From the NCBI RefSeq assembly GCF_009914755.1, contig NC_060927.1: a DNA stretch of 64,000 nucleotides; one strand, written 5' to 3'. A program made the translations under genes and the position numbers. This DNA comes from the human T2T-CHM13v2.0 reference genome, Homo sapiens. Each line of letters begins with the position of its first letter. Within the stretch, counting starts at the first letter, position 1. This document shows positions 56,429 to 64,000 of the stretch, one piece after another. The notes beneath the pieces are model-generated. The model was not told the DNA's origin. It searched no databases and saw only the letters and a program-made list of their open reading frames with translations.

Positions 56429-59400
56429 AACACAGCAAGAAAAGAAATGAGGTGATTAAAAAATGGGTAACACATCTGAATAGACACCTCACCAAATATA
56501 TGCTCATGTCAAATAAACATATGAAAAGATGTTCCACACTATATGTCATTAGGGAATTGTAAATTAAAACAAGTTACTACTGCTCACCTATTAGAATGGC
56601 TAAAATCCAAAACACTGAGCACACCAAGTACTAGTAAAAATATGGAGCTACATTAACTAGTAATACTAGTAAGGATGTGGAACCACATGAACTTTTCTTC
56701 ATTGTTGATAGGATCGCAAAATCCCATAGGCACTTTGGAAGATGGTTTGGCAGCTTCTTACAAAGCTAAATGTGCTTATCATATGAGGCTGCAGTCATAT
56801 TCTTGGTATATACCAAAATTAATAGAAAACATATGTACATGAATGTTTATGACAGCTTTACTCATAATTGCCAAAACTTCGTAGAAACCAAGTTGATTTT
56901 AATATGTGAATGAATATAAACAAATTATGGTACATCATATGATGTAATATTATCCAACAATAAAAAGCTTTGAGGTATAAAGCTCAAAAAAAATAGAAAA
57001 ACCTTAAATATTTATTGCTAAATAAGAGAAGGAACTGTTGAAAGTCTATACACTGTATGATTACTACCATATAAATATCTGGAAAAATTAAAACTGCAGA
57101 GATAATAACAAGATCAATAGCTCTTACAAGTCCAGGGTGATAACTGCAATTATTGATAAATTAGATTATACATTAGTCAAAACCCAGAGAATTGTACAAC
57201 ACAAAGAGGAGACTTAATGTGAAATATGAACTTTAATTCACAATAATATACCAGTATTGGTTCACTAATTATAACAAATGACCCACACTAATGTAAGATA
57301 TTAATAATAGGAGAAAAGTGTATGTACAGTGTGTATCTGTGTGTGTGTGTTTAGGTAAATTATTTGTTGTATTATCTTCTCAATTTTTCTGTAAAGCTGA
57401 AATTCTTATATAAATTAAGTGTATTAAAAATTAGAAATTTTATTCTGTAAATTGAAATAATTACATAAGAAGCAACAGAAAAATTAAGATTTTGATTTGA
57501 CAGATAGTAAGAAAGGTAATAGATATTCCTGGAAGAAATGCTACATATTTTTCAATGTGGAGCAAATAATATGACATTCATTATAAAAATAGCAAATGTT
57601 ACATAACATAAATAAAATGTAAATTAAAGATGCTATATAGTTACTTTACAGAAAGGTTTATTTCAGATCTTATTAAGCACAGAAATAAATGATAGTTTTT
57701 ATATTACTGTGCATTGTTAAATTTCACTACTGAGTTAAAATATAAATGTAGCAAGAATGAACATCGATTCATATAAAGCATATATTGTCTCAAAGTATAC
57801 GACATTTGCATTTACTCAGTGTTAGCTAACAGTACAATTCAATGTGGTTATGAAAGAGCATAATGTGGTTAGCAGATTTTTCTACCTACTCCAAGAGCCA
57901 GACTAAAGCTTCCCCATGGAATTAGATTTGGGTATTAGGCAACAGGAAATGTGCCTGCTGATAACTGAATTACTCTGAACTCTAAAGAAGTCACTGGGAC
58001 ATTTTGTCCATTAAGTTTACAGATGGCAAAGTAGATATGTCATTCACAGCTGCATGCATGAGGATATGACATATTTGTCTATATTAATCTCATGGATCAC
58101 TTGACATGACTCATTCAACCTCTCTTTCTACTACATGAATTAGCAAGATTTCTGGTGGTTCTAAAGTAGATCCAAACACTTCGGAGGGAAATATAAATAC
58201 TTGTTTCATTATACCAAGTAAGTGGGCCAACAGGGCGCATTTGGTGCTTTAATTGTCCTTCATAATCACAGTAAGGTAGTAAAAATTAAATCTAAAATAA
58301 TATAAATAGGCCAAAATGGTATATATGATGCATATATGCATGACAAGAGTTTTTATCTTCAGTGGCAGCACAGGCAAGATATTAAACTTATCATGGGAAT
58401 TGAATTAAATTTCAAAAAAATGCATTGGCTAGAATTACTCAGAATTCCCAGGGGCAGGGAGGGGACACTCTATGAGGTTAACCATTTACTATGTTTAAAC
58501 TCAATAATTGTGAGCTGAGTATAAATCAAGAAATCTGCTCAAACATCTGTGTCTTACTTAAAAGTTTCAAATGTCACAAATATGTGTGCTATGATGAATA
58601 TTCACGGTTATGAAGCTGTGGTGAATATATTCCGTGAGGCCATATGACAGGCTGTCCACCAGCCCTAGCCAAAATAAGACATCTAACCAGAATTAATAAG
58701 ATAATTATCAATGGTCAAGAACACAAATAGATGATGCCTGAAATATATGAAACTGCATAAGCACACAACTCAAGCATTAAGCGAAAGGAGAAACACTGTC
58801 ATATTACAATCAAGAACCTGGAACAGTCAACTGAGAACGTGGAGGATGCTAGAAGAACTTATTATACCTGGAGCAAAATTTGAAAATTCCTTAGTCTGAA
58901 AGTTGGGAGTTGAGTTCTCACATTTGAAAAGCCATGCAAAAAAGTGATTAATCTTAAATTTTGTGTATACTTAAACAGAAAGACCAAGGTCTGAAGTCCA
59001 ATGTCATACAAAAAGTCACCTTCTTTTTCTATGCAGATTAGGTTGCAATTTAAAGAAGTTTAAGCCCTGTGACAGAAACCACTTGATCTCTAACAATATG
59101 TTTAGATAATGAGCACTTCAGTATAGCCCTTCAAGCTTTTTGTAAAAAAAAAAAAAAAAGAAAAAAATTGCATTCATCTCCCTACATAATCTGTTTCTGA
59201 TGTCTATTGCCACATACTCAAATAGCAAAAATCTTAGTTGACTTTCATCTTTAAAATTTGACATATTGGAGGAGCAATCCAGGACAGTATTTGATTTTAA
59301 ATAGGGAAAGAACTCACACTCTAATACACAGAGAGAAATAAGTGGTGAAATAACACTTACAGGCTTGTAAATGGCAAATGTGTCTGCAGTGGGCAGAGCA

Positions 59401-59604
59401 TGCTGCTTTCCTCTCCTGGGAATGAAATAAAAATGTGCCAACAGAAATAGCATTGAAAATGCCTGGTGGTAGAGGCAGTGGTATTAACAAAAGCATTCTC
59501 CTCCTCATTAAGCAAGTACCAATTAGATATATGGAATCCAAGAGCTGAAAGGGGTATAAGGAATTAACTCACTAGTCATCCTCAACTTCCACGCAAATAA
59601 TGAC

Positions 59605-59856
59605 TGTGAGAGCTAGTTTCCACAAATGTTCCCGCTTCAACAAACCATGCCTCCTGGAATTCACATCCTTCCATGAATTGGATGCTGAGCTTCCAGCCCT
59701 AGCTGTTCCAGTGGATGGTCCATGGATCAGATATACCACCCAGCTGAGGTCTTCCTGAATACTCAATCCAACAAAATCATGAGCAATATAAGAGAATTGT
59801 TTTAAGCTGATAAATTTTGGAGTAGTTTGTTTTTCAGCAGTAAATAACCAGAACAA
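59605..59856 (+). mobile_element. Internally deleted MLT1 (H/I-like) LTR
   Basis: ccatgcctcctggaattcacatcc...cccagctgag...aaaatcatgagc...ttgttttaagc...ttttggagtagtttgtt...cagtaaataaccagaaca. Confidence 0.7.
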
Positions 59857-59948
59857 TGATCTTTCTATGTTCAAATATGCCTTATGGGCACTCATAATCA
59901 TTATAATATTCATTCACTGAAAAAGTGCATAGTGGTAAGATGCTATTA

Positions 59949-60480
<532 letters not shown>

Positions 60481-62399
60481 AATTGTTACATATTTTATTC
60501 ATTACAATAGTAAGTAGGTGCGTTTGATACATTGTAGTTCATAGGCATTTAAATATTCTATTTCTTTACAATGCTCAGTACAATGTGCAATGCTCAGTAT
60601 TTTGGTAAATTCACAGTCACTTTATGATAGCTCCAGGATCTCCAAGGAATTTATGGACTACAGTTTGAAATCCATTGGTCTAGTCCAATTTCTATTACTT
60701 TTTTAGAAGAACTGAGATGCACAGAAGTTATAAGAATTTCCTAAGTTCACATAGTTAGCAACCTATTCAGAACTAGAATTCCTTGTTAGTAATGTCCACT
60801 GCAGCATCTTTATACTAATCTTAGGGGATCATCAATTACTGTTTGGATCTTTGATTCTTTACATCTTTCTATCAGAAGTGTACTCTGACATTAGCTCTTA
60901 TTTAAGCTAAAATTATCAAAATCCTCTCTTGTTGTGACATACTAGTTTTTAGAAACATTTGTATAATTGTAAATTATTATGTCTTCTTATTATTTCAGTT
61001 ACTGTTTAAGCCTAAAGAAATAAAGTAATACCTTTTAAAAAAATATCTAATATGTACCATTATTCAGATCAGCTTTACTGCACATTAGTCTTTTACTGTC
61101 CTGTGCAAAACTAAATAAAATATATAAATTATCCCTATCTTGGTTTCACAACTGGTTAATACTGTCTGTTGTATTTGCTGCATCAGCCTTGCTCTGTGGG
61201 CTGGAGCAATTATCAGTGACCAAGTAATCCAACTCTTCTTTATTCTCTCATTGCCTTAACCCTTTTCTACACTCCAAGGGCAATCAATACAAATATCTTG
61301 CCAAAGTCCATTTCTTGTGCATGATACTGCTTAACATCACTCAATCATTTGAGTGGAAAGCTTTACAGGAGTTCATCTTAGGTGAACTTGAATATGCCCA
61401 TTTTTCTTTGAGAGTGGAATGAAGAGTTCCAAACAAGTCATAAAACTGTAAAAGCAATTTCAAGAGTCCATCCTGATTGTTCTCACTGTGAAACAGAAAG
61501 AAGCATCGGGGTTTCAAAAACATTCATGTACTCAAGGATATATCAGTAACTATTTATTGAACATTCCTGCAGAAAACATCCTGTAAAGTTGGATGAACCC
61601 TGCAGTGGTTGGATGAGTTATTTACAGAGGTCTCAAGGCAGGGTGTCCTTATTCATGCTGAATATGAGTTACCTAACAAAAATCCAATAGCACTAAAAAG
61701 GAATTTATGACAGAACACTTCCATGAATTTATTGTTAGCATTAGAGGCATTGGTTCCATATCATCATGAATTTGCAGATCTAGAAAGGACCTTGAAAATG
61801 TACTTAAGCCTCCTCGTTTTATCTACAAGTGAATATAAACCCAGACCAAAGAAAGGCAGTTTCTGTGACTTTTAATGATTTATCCTAACCATGGGCTTAT
61901 GTGTTTATATCCAGTAGGCAATAGCAAATGGTGAGGGTAATTAGTCAGTTACAGGAAATAATCAAAACAAACAAAGACAATTCTTGGATATTAGGAGTTA
62001 TAGAAGGAACTTGAAAGTAAAAATAAAGTTTGAATTGTAGGTAGTTCCCTAAGCAAAGGTTATAATATCAGAGATAGTGTGTTCTAATCTACTAGCTCCC
62101 TCTGTCCTTTGGCAAAGAACAATGATTTCAAGGAATTCTACTCACAATTATCCTGACAATTGTAATGACTAACCTTCACTCAACGTTGTTTCTGGATCAA
62201 AGTTTCTTCTTCTGTAAAATAACAAAACACTCTACTTTGTCTAGTCACCAGACTGCTATGTAGACAACATAAAATGACTTTCATGAAACACAAAGAACAT
62301 TATTTGTTAAAACTAATTTCTCATCACAAACTATGTTAATTGCGAGAATGAGTAATAACTCCAAGGGGATTTTACTTGTAATTCCAAAGACAGTTACCC

Positions 62400-62712
62400 T
62401 TGTTCAGGCTCTGTTATATTGGCAGAACCTGTTAGTTGTTTTGCATAAACTGTATTTAATTATACATCATCTCTGTAGTTGAGTTATTGTATATTTTCAT
62501 CATTTGATAGATGAGGAAATTATATTAGGTCGATGCAAACGTAATTGCGGTTTTTGCCATTGAAAGTAACGGCAAAAACCGCATTCTTGTTTGCACCAAA
62601 CTAACGGATCAAGAAACTAGTAACTTGCTTAACGTTTAATGACTAAAAACTGTCAGACGCAAGCTTGGAACTCAAGTCTGAATTTAAAGTCCAGACTTTT
62701 CCCACAATGCCA
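62400..62712 (-). mobile_element. MIR split by a MADE1 insertion
   Basis: gatagatgaggaaat before MADE1; taacttgcttaacg...ggaactcaagtctgaatttaaagtcca after it. Confidence 0.65.
62525..62604. mobile_element. MADE1 (Hsmar1-derived MITE), full 80-bp palindrome
   Basis: ttaggtcgatgcaaacgtaattgcggtttttgccattgaaagtaacggcaaaaaccgcattcttgtttgcaccaaactaa matches the MADE1 length and arms; TA on the left flank. Confidence 0.93.
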
Positions 62713-62969
62713 AGCAGCTTCAGTTGATCTCCAGCCAAATAGTTAGCCTTATTGACTATTGAAAAGGTAGTTTAACCTGGTAGTCCTCCATCTTTGAAGA
62801 GAATTCTCCAACTTCAGTTGAAATTAATTATTATCCTGTGCATTCCTAACCATTTTATTAAAAATAAGTATAAAAATAAAATATGATAATTAAAAATATA
62901 GATAAATAAATATAATTGAACTATTTCACTTAACAATACAAATTATCAGTTTAGATTTTTCAAATTCTG

Positions 62970-63830
62970 AATTCTGCATATAAGAGAATCAACTTAAATA
63001 TAAGGATATAAAAAGTTGGAAAAGAGTGGGAAAAGTTATACCTTGCAAAAACTAAGCAACAAAAAGCTTGTACGGATATATGGAGCACACTGTAAACAAG
63101 AAGTATTACTAGAGATAAAGAGGGAGACTCATAATTTTAAACACCATTGAAGAAGATACTAAATTTCTAAATATGTATATATCTAATAGCATTGCTTCAA
63201 AATATGATAGTAATTGCCAGAAATAAAGTTGAAAGAGACAAACCCATAATCTCGAAATGAAAAAAAGAAAAGAAAGTCACGAAGTGTTGGAAATTTAAGT
63301 AGTTCATTTATAAAAATCTCATGAAAAGAGAAAAAAATCATAAACGTTCAAAATATTTTCAGCTGAATTATAATAAAAATAAGACAGTAAAATTTGCTTT
63401 GCTTTTTTTTAACTTTTTCACATGGATACTTAGATCACTGATTATTAGACTTTTTCTTAAAATTTGTTGACTTGCTTTATATATAGTTGGTTTTGATATT
63501 CTACATTCTTCAGAAGTTAAAAAAAAAAAAAAAAAGTAGTTAAATCCCCCAAAAATTGAAGGAAAAAATAAGAAAGACAAAAGATGAAGTTCATGTTAGG
63601 GAATATAATGGAATTTTGGAGGAATTCAGTAAAGTCTAAAGTCAGTTTTTAAAGACAAATCTAATAAAAGTGATAAACTCTTATCAACACTGATTTAAAA
63701 AAGAGCACAAATTTACCAATATCAACATGAAAAAAGAATTATCCCTATAGGTTCTATAGATAGTAAAAATACAATAAAGATTATTATAAATATAGAGAAT
63801 TATAAAATTTAGAAAATTTATAGCACACAC
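62970..63830 (+). mobile_element. Decayed old L1 (L1ME-like) ORF2 5' region with an internal micro-inversion
   Basis: ataccttgcaaaaactaagc...agtattactagagataaagaggga...aatagcattgcttcaaaatat; 63393-63518 matches L1 on the opposite strand. Confidence 0.7.
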
Positions 63831-63889
63831 ATCTCTCTCCTAAAGAAGTGCAAAAATAATTTTACATTTTGCTAATCAAATAATTACAT

Positions 63890-64000
63890 TCAATAATATA
63901 TGTGTAATCCATTATACATAATAAATACATATCTATGATGCATACACATAATATATCCATAATACATGATATATTACATATGTGATATATTACATATATA
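63890..64000. repeat. TA-rich low-complexity or minisatellite tract (continues past the window)
   Basis: tgatatattacata repeated; acataatata motifs. Confidence 0.7.

Overview
AT-rich, CpG-poor primate genomic DNA, most likely human (AluS and AluY elements, LTR12, MER9, THE1, MADE1). The window is intergenic or deep intronic. I can support no protein-coding exon, tRNA, rRNA, CRISPR array or CpG island. The long ORFs in the track come from Alu, decayed L1 or simple repeats, and none of the rest resembles a protein I recognise. Much of the window is fossil mobile DNA: about 15 Alu copies or fragments, several old L1s including a nested block at about 44.2-57.4 kb, L2/MIR pieces, MaLR/ERVL/ERV1/ERVK solo LTRs, and hAT and mariner DNA-transposon relics. 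Subfamily names come from recalled consensus sequences, not a RepeatMasker run, and the boundaries of old elements are approximate. I found no convincing new biological system. The most interesting signals are structural. (1) A locally templated copy of an Alu 3' end plus its unique flank, bounded by a 12-bp duplication. (2) A young AluY inserted into the linker of an AluSc. (3) A 25-bp tandem repeat of GATA palindromes abutting a truncated LTR. (4) A compound polypyrimidine VNTR. (5) A TGTAA...TTACA-bounded segment with TATA, Inr-like, splice-donor and AATAAA motifs (possible ancient LTR or promoter). (6) An in-place micro-inversion within an L1. (7) A full-length MADE1 hairpin of the miR-548 type.
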